Part shown: positions 15,281 through 29,200 of the stretch, in pieces
Layout of the letters: the number at the start of each line of letters is the position of its first letter
How positions within the stretch are numbered: the first letter of the stretch is position 1
Assembly: GCF_009914755.1 (NCBI RefSeq)
Contig: NC_060927.1
Length of the DNA: 64,000 bases
Source: the human T2T-CHM13v2.0 reference genome, Homo sapiens
Reading direction: 5' to 3' (one strand)
Position numbers and translations under genes: made by a program
The notes under the pieces: model-generated
What the model was told of the DNA's origin: nothing
Database searches by the model: none
What the model saw: only the letters and a program-made list of their open reading frames with translations

Positions 15281-15580
15281 TTTTTTTTTTTTTTTTTGAA
15301 ACAGAGCGAGACTGTGTCACCCACGAGACTGTGCAGTGACGTGATCTCGGCTCACTGCAACCTCCGCCTCCCAGGTTCAAGCCATTCTCCTGCCTCAGCC
15401 TCCTGAGTAGCTAGGATAACAGGCATCTGCCATCACGCCCAGCTAATTTTTTGTGTTTTTAGTAGAGACAGGGTTTTGCCGTGTTGGGCAGGCTGGTCTC
15501 AAACTCCTGACCTCAGGTGATCTGCCTGCCTTGGCCTCCCAAAGTGCTGGGATAACAGGCGTGAGCCACCGTGCCCGGCC
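15281..15580 (-). mobile_element. AluSx-like element, inserted in the A-tail of the next Alu
   Basis: Full antisense Alu flanked by poly-T on both sides. Confidence 0.95.
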
Positions 15581-15882
<302 letters not shown>

Positions 15883-16300
15883 TCGATTCCACTTTCTAAT
15901 TCGGGTACATCAGTGTACCTGAAAAGGCATAGTAGGATCTTTTAAGATGAAAAAAAAAATGTTATCTACTAAGCACAGTAAGAGGAAATGTTAGCATTGA
16001 CCTCCACAATCATTTAATTCTTCATTATAATAATAGCTCTAGAATTTTATGGTGTATGCCCAAGGCAATCAACAGATGACTATATCAGGGAAAAACATTA
16101 ATATGCTAACAACTTCTGCAGTTTAGCTTCTGTCTGTATTCCCTGAACATGCTAATTGTTATTTGCTGCTTGTATTTAAATGAAATAAATTTCTTGAACT
16201 TTCATGACAGAAGGGTGGGTAAGAATCGTTTTTCCAGCTTTGTGGCTTTAGAGCTCTTAGACTATCGGAAATGATTAAAAAAAAAAAATAGGGTAAATCC

Positions 16301-16718
<418 letters not shown>

Positions 16719-16897
16719 TTACATTGTTTCATTACCTGTTATATCAATTTTTCTTCCTAGGATAAATTACATGTGGTGGACTAATTTTTAAATATTTTAT
16801 TGAGAATTTTAATGTATACATTCCTGAGTTGCATTGGTCAGGAATTTATTTTTCTTGAAATGTTTGACCCATATCAGATTGCACCAAAATGCTGAGA

Positions 16898-17060
16898 TTT
16901 TTTAGTTTTTGTTTTTAGAGACAGGGTTTCACTCTGTCACCCAGGCTGGAGTGCAGTGGTGCCATATAGCTCACTACAATCTCAAACTGGGCTCAGGCTA
17001 TCCTCTTGTCTTGGCCTCCCAAAACACTGAACTTACAGGTGTGAGCAATTGTACCTGGCC
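16898..17060 (-). mobile_element. Free Alu monomer (FRAM/FAM-like)
   Basis: Single arm of about 150 bp with an Alu 5' start and a right-arm 3' end. TSD-like tttttagtttt. Confidence 0.8.
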
Positions 17061-17544
17061 TTTTTAGTTTATTTTTTACTTAAGCATCCCTATTTAATAT
17101 GGAAACAAGATATACTGGCATATTTTTATATAAAATAGCTTTTCTGTGAATAAAATTATGGTATTATTTTAAAATCAGAATTTTCAAAATGAATTCTGAA
17201 TACAACATCTTTATTTTTCATCTTTGCAACTAAATCATTAGTGTGCAAAGTTAGGCAGAATTTCCATTACATCCTACTCATTTCAAAACTTTGCATTACC
17301 ACTTTGATTTTTATATCCCCAGCAGATTCTGTTGGTTTGTTAGTTGGCTGCCTAATTGGTTGGTTTGTTAATTAGTTGGCTGGTTGGCATATCTTGGCAG
17401 AAAAAATAATATTATTTCAAGCATCATTCTACAGGGATTCTAACTAGTTGGCCTTATTTAAACTAAGCAGTTAGTAATGCTTGTAATTTACCTCACTACA
17501 GTTAAAAGTTTTTTGATTACTGAGAAAAGAGACATCTAAGATAT

Positions 17545-17545
<1 letters not shown>

Positions 17546-17597
<52 letters not shown>
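17546..17597. repeat. (TAGA)13 tetranucleotide STR
   Basis: Uninterrupted 52-bp array. Confidence 0.97.
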
Positions 17598-17962
17598 GAT
17601 ATATAGATATCTCCAATGTTTGGATTGCATTTGGATCCTGTTTTAAAAGCCAACTATAAGAAGTCATTGTATGACAACTAGGAAATTTGATCGGAAAGAA
17701 TTAGTGTTAATCATAATATATAAGAGTTAGTGTTGTGATTATGTGTAAAATGCTACTTGTCTTTTTTTCAGAGATTCAACTAGAGCATTTAGGGGTAAAA
17801 TGCCATTTGGCTTGGATTTGATTAAAATACATACACACAATAGACAAATCAAAAAGGCAAAATAATCATAATTCTTCAGTCTAAATGTTAGGTATGTATA
17901 CTGCTCCATTACCCTTTTCTCTATTTTTGAAACATTACTTTTTTTAAATTTTTGAAACATTT

Positions 17963-18272
<310 letters not shown>

Positions 18273-18304
18273 TATAAAATGTTTTTAAAATATTGTTGAT
18301 ATAA

Positions 18305-18658
18305 TTTTTTTTCAAATTTTCTTTTAGATTTAAGGGTACAAGGACATGTGCAGGTTTGTTACAAAGGTATATTGCATGATGCTGAGGTTGGAGTACAATT
18401 GAACCCCTCACCCAGGAAATGAGCATAGTATTCAACAGGTAAATTTTCAACCCTTGACACTCTCCCACCTCCCCAATCATGTGGTCCCCAGTGTCTATTG
18501 CTTCTATCTTTATGTCAATGTGTACCCAGTGTTTAGCTTCCACTTATAAGTGAGGACATGTGGTATTTGGATTTTTGCTTGTGTTAGTTTGCTTAAGATA
18601 ATGGCCTGCAGCTGCATCCATGTTGCTGCAAAGAATAGAATATAATTTTGTTCTTTTT
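18305..18658 (-). mobile_element. Old L1PA (L1PA15/16-like) 3' end
   Basis: acatgtgcaggtttgttacaaaggtatattgcatgatgctgaggtt and gcttaagataatggcctgcagctgcatccatgttgctgcaaag. TSD ttgatataat. Confidence 0.85.
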
Positions 18659-18850
18659 TGATATAATGTTTTTTTAAAAGGAAAAATAATTCCATGGTAT
18701 TGTAACTTTTAATTAACATTCTACAAAAGATCTTATTTTATATGTGGGGCAATGAAAACATTATGGAAGATACTAGTTATAGCTATTTTTAAGGAACCAG
18801 TGTTTTAAGTTTCTTTAAGTGAAAATATCATAAATAGTAGTGAAATATTA

Positions 18851-19415
<565 letters not shown>

Positions 19416-20151
19416 TTAATCCTCTGACAAGATTATTTTGGTAAAACTTTTTTTTTGGAATAACATTCATAGAATGTGAATAAAGTTTACATGTGCACTT
19501 ATTAATATTTATTTTGTTTTTAAGAATGGCTCATTGCTAGCTGCACACAACACTAGAAATATACATTTATAACACAGCAACAGCTACAGGCAAGACAGAT
19601 TAGGTTGATGGTGACCACTTCTGGCCTTGATACTACTGTCTCAGATCCCCAAAACGTTTGCCTTAACTTTGATGCCACATGTCAGCATTTTCTTCTCTTG
19701 CTTTTGATTTACCTTCAGCAGATTTCTTCTCACCAGTAACATCTCAATGTTGGCATTAGTTTTAATCCTTGCATGAAAATTGTAATTTTTTTCTTTTCTT
19801 CCATTTCCCCAATTTCTCTACTGATATTTCCTGGGTCACAGGATTTTAAAAACATGTAAGTTTCCTTAGGAATGGTGATAGGAAATTTCTGCATGGATAT
19901 ATTACTCTGACACAATTGAAGAGCTTTTGTCTTTGCAAAGAAGAGAGGACATAAGAAACTTTCTCGTAACTATGTCCTTGTTGATGACATACCAGAAACA
20001 GCTGATACTTAGTAAGAAAACTAACACAGAAAATGGATGAGGAAAAAAAGATATAAAGAATCTGACTCCTTGATGATCTTTTCAAACTGTATCAACTGTA
20101 TCAATCCACTCTGAAGCTTACTCGGCTTCTTGATTTCCAGGTGTATGAACT

Positions 20152-20673
20152 TGTCCGTTAGCTAAAGCTGCATAACAAACCTCCCCCAAACTCAGTGATT
20201 TAAAATTGAAACTATTTATTCAGCATGAAGTTACATTGTGAGCCATTTTTGCTAGGCTCAGTTTGGTGGTTCTAGTTTCAGTCAGCAATTACCTGTAGTC
20301 AGTAGTGAGTCAGGTGTTGCTGGTCTTCACTAAACTCTCTCTCATTCTCGAAACCTTGCCTAGAACAAATGCAGTGATTTGGCTCTTGTCAACACCACCT
20401 CTCGTCCTCCCAGGGTCTTATCCAAGCTTGTTCACATGGCAGAGGCAAAATTCCCAAAAAGCAAGCAGAAGTTTTCAAGACCTCTTGAGGCCTGTGCTTC
20501 AAACTGGCACAATTTCATTTATGCTACGTTATTTTGGCCAAAGCAGGTTTGACTCAAGAGGTCAGGAAATATATTTCACTTTCTTATGGGAGCAACTACC
20601 AAGTCAAATTGCAAGGGGCATGGATAAAGACTGTGGAACAGTAGTGTCTGTTTTTGCAACCTAGGTAGACCAC
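20152..20673 (-). mobile_element. Old MLT1 (MLT1J/K/L-like) LTR, probably nested in another MLT1 remnant
   Basis: gttagctaaagctgcataacaaacctcccccaaactcagtgatttaaaa at the start and tttttgcaac...gaccaca at the end. Confidence 0.6.
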
Positions 20674-22032
20674 AGTGAAATTATAAATTCCCTTACAGTT
20701 TAAGCAACTTTGAACCAGGAGTTTTATTATTTACTGCACACAAAATCCTAATTGATCTGGTTACTGTCAGTTTTGGTGCATATCTATCTTCGATAATGTT
20801 AAAGCAATGTTAAAATCGAGATTAAAACAGAATTCCTCCCCCAAATCAATTCAAATATTAATTTCCCAAAAAGGTTAGAATCATTAAATTGATCATTCAA
20901 AAGCTAGATATTGATATTTTTCTACTTTCTTTCTGAATTAATCATGATGAATTCACTTAAAGTTTCCATTGAAAACAAAACATTATTTTAAGGCATTATT
21001 TTTACATTTGAGCAGGTTTTAGGATGAACACTTTACCATAAAGACACATTTTACAAATGGTTCAGAAGATAAACTAGAGTAGCTCATTATCTTTGTGAAA
21101 TTATAGTTGTTTGCTATAAGACCTATCAGACTTCCAGAATGTAATAAATCAGAAAGAATTCCCAGTCCTCTTCAAAAAATAAAATACATTACTATCAGAA
21201 AGTAACAATCTTCTAATGTACTCTTATAATCAAAATACCACCAATTAAAAGGTAAATCACTTACAAAGGACATTCAAAAGTAAAACAAAATGGCATTCTG
21301 CTATTTCAAAGATCTGCAACACACGCAGTATTACTGAGAGTTTGCTGATCTTACCATTAATTTGTTGGTCATTTTTCTGACCACCTATTTTCAGACAAAA
21401 TGGAATAGCATAATGCTTTAGAATCTATGCTGTAATAGGAAAATAATAAAGATAACCTGTTTTATAATCCTGTCAGATGCTTAAGTGAAGTATCTGTGAA
21501 AATACTTTGTAAAGGGTGGCAATTTTACATTCCTTTTCAAAGTTCATTCTATCCAGTTACAGAGAGCAAAAATAATAAATCTGTGTTCTCAAATCTCCTT
21601 CCTTCACTCACAATGCTCTCTTCCCATTTCTATTCCTCTGTCAAAAAATGACCTATTCTGACACTTTTCCTGTGTTAGATAATAGGGTCATTGAGGCTGG
21701 AGAATCTATCTGTAGTTTCGTTGAGACAAAAAGGACATGCTTAAATTCCCATCACTTGAAAGGTCACCTAACTCATACCTATCATCTTTGAACTAAGAAC
21801 ACAGCTTGATTATTTTGATAGGCTAAAATGAAAAGCTCCTTAAGAGTGCTCCATTCTTAAGAATTAAAAACTGGACCAGCAAGACCTCAGAGAACTTAGA
21901 TTCCGGTTCTATAGTGAACTCTATAATTATTTATGGAGAATAGGAAAAAAAATCAGTGAAAAATGATGATACTCTTGGGAGATTTTCTAAAATTCTATAA
22001 TTTCTCCATTCACCCAGGAGGGCACTCATTAT

Positions 22033-22078
22033 AAAAATGACTGTTAAAAAAAAAAAAAAAAAAAAAAAAATGACTGTT
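22033..22078 (+). mobile_element. Poly(A)-only insertion flanked by a perfect TSD (AAAAATGACTGTT)
   Basis: aaaaatgactgtt at 22033-22045, then a pure A run (22046-22070), then the second copy at 22066-22078. Confidence 0.7.
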
Positions 22079-22529
22079 AAAGTTCTACTATGCCCTAGTC
22101 ATGAAGGTGTATACAAAGACACATTTAGCCTAGTCCACGCCACTAGGGAGCTTTCAGTTACGTGAGGATGGGAGTGAGGCAAACTATATTTACATAATTA
22201 ACTACAACCACACTTTTGAAGTAACTTCACTACAAGGAAGAATTAAATATATGGTGTAATTGGGTATAGGAATCATCAGGTGTTATTAATGAGAAAGCTC
22301 TCTGGATTCCTGGAGCTACAAATAGAATAGAGCTAACTTGATGCCTAAATGTCTTAAGCATCAGACCATTGGGGTTTGGGATGCTCCTGGGATTCCTCAC
22401 CTAACTAAAGTCGCCCCACATTTGAGTTTTCTAAGGCAACACTAAACTTAGTAGAGTTCTATTATTCATTGTACAATAAATAGGTTGTAATAATAATGAT
22501 GATACCAGAGTTTTAAATCTAATGATGAT

Positions 22530-22750
22530 TAATAGGTATTAATCTCTGAGAAAGTTACAGGCATTGTGCTGAGCATTTTATGCTTCTTATTTAATTCTCA
22601 AAATAGCTCTTGGAGATAGTTATTAATATCATCACTTCAAATTTATAGTTGATAAAATGAGGTCTAGGGAGGTTAAACCACTTACCAAAGATTACACAAG
22701 AGCAAAAGGTATGTCAGGAATGTACCCGAGGCAGTCAGCTTCTAGAATCC
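22530..22750 (-). mobile_element. MIR
   Basis: aggcattgtgctgagcatttta...atttaattctcaaaatagc...gataaaatgaggtctagggaggttaaaccacttaccaaagattacaca. Confidence 0.75.
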
Positions 22751-23333
22751 CCATCGTATCCATGGCCAGTCCTTTCTGTAATTATACCCCAGCATATGGC
22801 TCTCACATTCATGAAGGAAACCCTCTTCCACATTCCCACTTTTCCCCACACGTCCCCCTTTATTCTGTTAAGGCTGCTCATAGTACTGATAATAGTATGC
22901 ACATTAAAGATGAATACCTTTGGCCCTAAGTTATCTACTATGTCATGCAGCCTTGTCATTTTCTTTTTTTTAATTTGAGTGATGGAGATAAATTATTTTT
23001 ATTTCACATATTGTTGTGGGGCTTAGTGTGTGGATCAATACATAAAATTGACCTGTAATCAAAAAGACTGCATTAGCTCTGTTTCCTGAATATGGTACTT
23101 GGCCTTCTCCAGTTTTAGGTCTTTTCTTACCTTTTTTGGCCTGAATGATCTTTCCAATTAAATAATTTCTCAAAGTATTCTCAATGCAGAAAACATTTTA
23201 AACTATACAATTCCTAATCATTCTTCGAATTCCAACTTACATTTCACTGCCTCTGTGACTCCAAGTTTTTTTTTTTTTTTTTGCCTTGACACTGAGGAAT
23301 TAACCTCCATCCTGAATCCAGTGAAACCTATTA

Positions 23334-23701
23334 TAGATGCCCCCTGACTTCGGTTGGGATTACATTCTGATAAGTTCATCATTAACTTGAAAATATCACA
23401 AGTCAAAAATGCATTTACTACATCTAACCCACCAAATATCATAGCTTAGCCTAGCTTTCCTTAAATGTCCTCAGAACACTTACATTAAGCCTACAGTTGG
23501 GCAAAGTCATCTGGCAACACAGTACACTGTAGGGTATTGGTTGTTTACCCTTGTGATCATGTGGATAACTGGGAGCTGCAACTTGCTGCCACTGCTCAGC
23601 ATCCTGTGAGTATTGGACACTTTCCACTGAATGCTATTGCTTTTGCACCAGCATAAAGTCAAATATTGTCAATCAAACCATTTTAAGTCTGGAACTGACC
23701 G
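23334..23701 (+). mobile_element. MER47/Tigger5-family TcMar DNA transposon relic
   Basis: agatgccccctgactt start, with atcatagcttagcctagc and cagaacacttacatt...ctacagttgggcaaa. TA dinucleotide on both sides. Confidence 0.8.
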
Positions 23702-24256
23702 TATTAGCACTTACACATGGTTTGCCTTGTATGAAATGTATGACTTTCTCAACGGTGTGCCCCTTGCCCTCTCCATCAGAGCCTAGAATGGCAATTGGCT
23801 TAGAATTGATGCTCCATAAAGGCTTATTGAAGCTAGTTTTTTAGTCTCAAAACGGTGGAAGATTAATATTCAAAGCAGGTACATACAAATCAGGATGTTC
23901 TTATCCCCTGCAGAGACTCACTGACAGAATCAATTGTTAGAAGACAGCTTTTACTCTGCTGTCTTTCTCACTTTGTGGACTTTAATAGTGCTGAGGAATA
24001 TTGTCTACGTTATATTATTATTCATCTCTACTGCTGTTTGTAGTTTGTGTAGAGAGAAGAGGGCAAATCAACAATAAGATTATTTTTACAGAATAAGGCG
24101 AAAGTTACTCCTGGCCTACTGGCTCAATCATTATTCTGAGTTCTTAACTGTCATCTTACTTCTTCACAAAATGTGGTCATACAGCTTATCATCTTCATAA
24201 TATTATTTACATTAGCAATATTTGTTAAACCATGCTACTACAGGTTTACCTTGAAA

Positions 24257-24316
<60 letters not shown>
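24257..24316. repeat. Compound (TC)n(TG)n microsatellite
   Basis: Seen directly in the sequence. Confidence 0.95.
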
Positions 24317-24319
<3 letters not shown>

Positions 24320-25598
24320 ATACATGCCTGTGGGGTAATGTGATAATTTCTGAGTGTTTATAAGACTTATAATATTTAGTAGGAATTAAAGTCTACTTAA
24401 TATTGTGAAGGTTATGTAACTGGGAATCACATAACAACCTGCTTAAAAATCTGTAGAGAAAACAATCTGATACTTAAGAGATAGCCACAATTAAGCAATC
24501 TTTGAGACAGATTGACAGATAAGGTCTTCCACACTCTGACCTTTATCTATATTTTCAGCCCCATTTCTCAGTGTTTCCTCACATTAACTTCATATTCCAA
24601 GTCAGTCTTAACTGCCAGTTTTTCTGCCTCCAGCATTTGAACATAAATCCTAGAATGACTGCACCTGTCAAAAATAAAAATCCTATGGCCCAGTCCAGTT
24701 GCTGCCTTTTAAATCACTCAGTAGTAATTACTATATATTGCTTTGCTCCTCTCCTCATAGTACTTTCAATCTCCCATGTTATGTCTCTCATAATAATAAC
24801 TGTAAAGTTCTAAGCAATGTCAATCAATTTTCTCATTTAATACTTGCATTGACCCTAAAAGGAATGTACTAGTATCTTGTCTATTTACAATGAGGACACT
24901 AAGGAACTTGCCCAGTAACACCAACTTGTAATTGGTAGGTTTGGCAAACCTGCACCTCTAGAGGCCAAATGGTTAACACTACGTTGTACTAATATCCTTA
25001 CAGTGAGTGTTATTGTTGTTATTGGTATATTTTATCCATGGTACTAGGCTTTGTGTTGTTCTGAAGCAGAACTTGTATTTTATTTATTCTTTTTGATATT
25101 TAAGTAATTTGTATTCTTAATTTATAGTTAATATGTGCTCTCCAAACTGAATTGTGACTCTATTCAAATGTCCTCCTGCCTCTGAAAGCCTTCAAGGGGG
25201 AATAGGGACAAACTAAAGAAAATGTTCATGAATGAAACCATTAGCTCACAGACAGAACATGAACTCTCCTACAATTGTTAAAGGGAAGGCTAGTTATTGC
25301 TATTGATTTGTATAATAAATTTATATTAGCATAATTAAAAATTGAACGTCCAAAATGATTAAAAAGAGCAGAAAATAAGAGATTCAGAATATACTAGCTA
25401 AACCTTCTTGAAACAAAACATTACTCAAATGGGTACTGATATTAAACACATTCAAATATCTATATTTACTATATTCTACAAATAATAATATATTAATATA
25501 GTAATACTCTATTCTACATTTTATATCACTACACTATACTATACATTCTAATTACCAAATTCTACAAATATTCAGTAATATAGTAATCAATATAGTAA

Positions 25599-26222
<624 letters not shown>

Positions 26223-29200
26223 TATAATATAGTAATATTTTATACACCATTTTAATTTGAAAATGATGAAAAATAAACACTTTAAATTGGCAAAAGATGG
26301 TTATAATAATAACAGAAACATATCACTATTGGCTAAGATGTTGATTTTTCAAATCATATATGTTGGCATAAATAACGAAGAGTTTTATCAAGGGACATAA
26401 GTAACAAAATATTAAATGAGAAAAAGAAAACAAGAATCGATGCTAACAGAAACCAATCAATGTCCTAAGCTACAACGCAGCAACTGAATATCCTGGTATA
26501 CTGTGCAAAAATAAGAACATGGAAAGTTAGACTGATTTTTATCACAAAAGAGGTAGCTTACCATTGCCTCAAGAAAGATTAAAAATTTACTGGAACTAAA
26601 TGCTAATGTACATTTTTCATTTGGCGTGTTATATAATTGATTTTTTGAGAGTAAAAATGCTCAACTACAAATTCACAACAAAAGCAAAATCTAATTTATA
26701 CTAAAGTTTTTGATAATGAAGAATGTGTTCAAACTATCTCAGTGGGAATACTTCTACAAGAAATATGAGCTGAAGAGAAGAAACTCATGTGTTCCAAATA
26801 TGTAAATATATAGGGTTTTATCATATAATTTGAATCAAGTTAAAAAATTTGAATGTATAGAAAGGAAAAGACCTCTTAGAAAATTTTCTCTAAATATCTT
26901 AGCTCATTTCAACTTTCACTAGAAGTTTCCCAATTTATGCTCAAATCTTTTAAATCATCATTTTATGCTCGAACCACATAAAAATACTTGCAGTTCTCTA
27001 ATACAGTTATTATTTCATGGCCTTATGTCCTTTCACATGCTTTTTTAATGGAAGAAATACCCATTCCCCACTATTGTCATCCTGTGGAAAGATGATCACA
27101 GGCTCTTTGAAAATACCTCTGATCCACAGGTAAAAATCTGTTTGTTTCTCCTCTCCTATTTGGTTATATGTTTTAATGATCATTATTTTGGTAATTACAT
27201 TAATGTCAGTTTCCCTAAAATCATCTGTAAACTCAGGGACATGCAATACATTTTGCTCACTTTCAAAGAGTCTTTTATATACAGAATATATGCATAAATG
27301 CATATCGAATAAATGAATCTATTTCAACCTATTAATACTTAAACAAAACACATTGTTGAAGAAGACCGGACATAATGTTAATCTGTGAAAGTAAATTTTA
27401 GGTGAAACCAAATGGTTCAGAAAAATGGATACAGTATAGGCATTTGCTAATAAACTGAGAAGACCAACTCATTTCTTGTAATATTTCATTCAATATTGTC
27501 TATTAAATTCCTGTTATTTACCAAGCAGTATACTTGGAGGAATCCCCAGGCCACACCAGAATGCAGCATGGGTGAAGAATAATTTTATAATCTACCAGAT
27601 ATAGGAAAAATGGTCAATACATTTTGCTGATCATCTACTCTAATCATCAAGCTGATAAATCTTTTTTTAAAACTTTTTCTCAACAATCAAAAATATTATA
27701 ATATCAGTACTATACTCTGAATTTTGTTAAAGGGTGATCTCTACGGAATGACTATATGCACTCCAAAATGAAAACACAGTTGAGAATCCAAAGGTTTATA
27801 TAGACAGACATTTGGAAGCAAATGAATCTCCAGTCACCCCAAGTTCTTGACTGTAAGCCCTACAGGGAAGGCAAAACAAAGAGAATGAAATTAGGGCACA
27901 TGTAGGGAGAAGAATTTCTTCATGTTGCTTGAAAACGCTTGTTTATCTGTCTAGTTCTTCCCTTTGCTTTGCTAACCTTAACTTTTAGAACCAATTCTCC
28001 TCTGAGTCAATCTCTGAAATTGCCATTTTTTTGTAGCTTGTCGTTCTCTTTCCCAAGGGTTCGCATTTATGCAAGATGGGAGTAAACTCTAGTCCATACA
28101 GAGAGTAATAAGTTTTACCTCGCACCGTCTCCATGAACTGTCTTGATGATTAGGGGTTAGTTAACTGCTTTGAAGGGGACAAAGCACTATTTAGAAATGA
28201 GTGCTATTCACTCATAGCACATGCTCCAAGTATGTTTTAATGTATGGGAGCTTGGGGGACAAGATTCAGAAATGTATTATTTCTTTAGATTATTCTGAAG
28301 TTCATATATAAAAAGATACTACTTAGACTACTTAGAGGACCTCTTAAATAAAATGGTTGGATCTGACATTTTAATATTTATGTTCAAAGATTAATTTTGG
28401 AAATAGAACTTAATAACAAAGTGAGTTATGTTAATATAATTGTTTTTACAAGCACTGCAGATAATTGGCTAAAATTTATAGAGAAATTTTTAAATTTTCT
28501 TTATTCTTTAATTAGATTTAGAATATATTTAGAATATAACCATTATAGCTAAGAAACTGCTAAGAAGCCATGTGAGATGTCAACATATTCCCAGATTCCA
28601 GGTCAACATAAAATCTTGTATATATGCGTACATTGTGACTACTTCTACGTGTACTTCAGATAACAGTGTATGTATATATATGTATATACTAATATAAATA
28701 AATAGTCCTTACAGATAAAGAAGCCAGAAAAGCAATGTCTGTAATAGAGAAGTCAGTATAAACAAATTTTTAAATTTATGCTTTCATACAATCCTAGAAT
28801 GTTATGGTGGAAGGGAACTTTTGGCTCTCTTTTCCAAGCATTTACTAGTCAAAATGGATAATGTAAGGCCTGGAATGGCAAAGGCTGAATGTCACTCAAT
28901 TTTCACGTCCAGCTTTAATAAAATCAGGGCTTCATGCAATCTTGCCACTATTGGCTTTCCCAAACTCTTCTCACCATATAAATTATTTAGTACTTAATTT
29001 ATTTGTATAACTTCTTTCATTTATTCCCCAAAACACTTTTGAGTGAAAAAACACCCAAAACTTCTAATTTATATAAAGGTATTTTAATTTATGAATGTGT
29101 TCTAATTACCAGATGCTTATGCCTATAATTAAAGGTAATAAATAGTTCCATTAGTCTTAATCTTATTGTGAAAATGCCTATGGAAGAGTCGCCATTCTTT

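Noticed and set aside
21265-21313. 49-nt minus-strand exon candidate (tgttgcag|...TTT|GTAAGT)
   Set aside because: Weak pyrimidine tract and weak exonic donor bases. Such matches are expected by chance in AT-rich DNA.
26562-26664. 103-nt minus-strand exon candidate (tttgtag|...ATG|GTAAGC)
   Set aside because: The sites are plausible, but the body is as AT-rich as intron and nothing else supports it.
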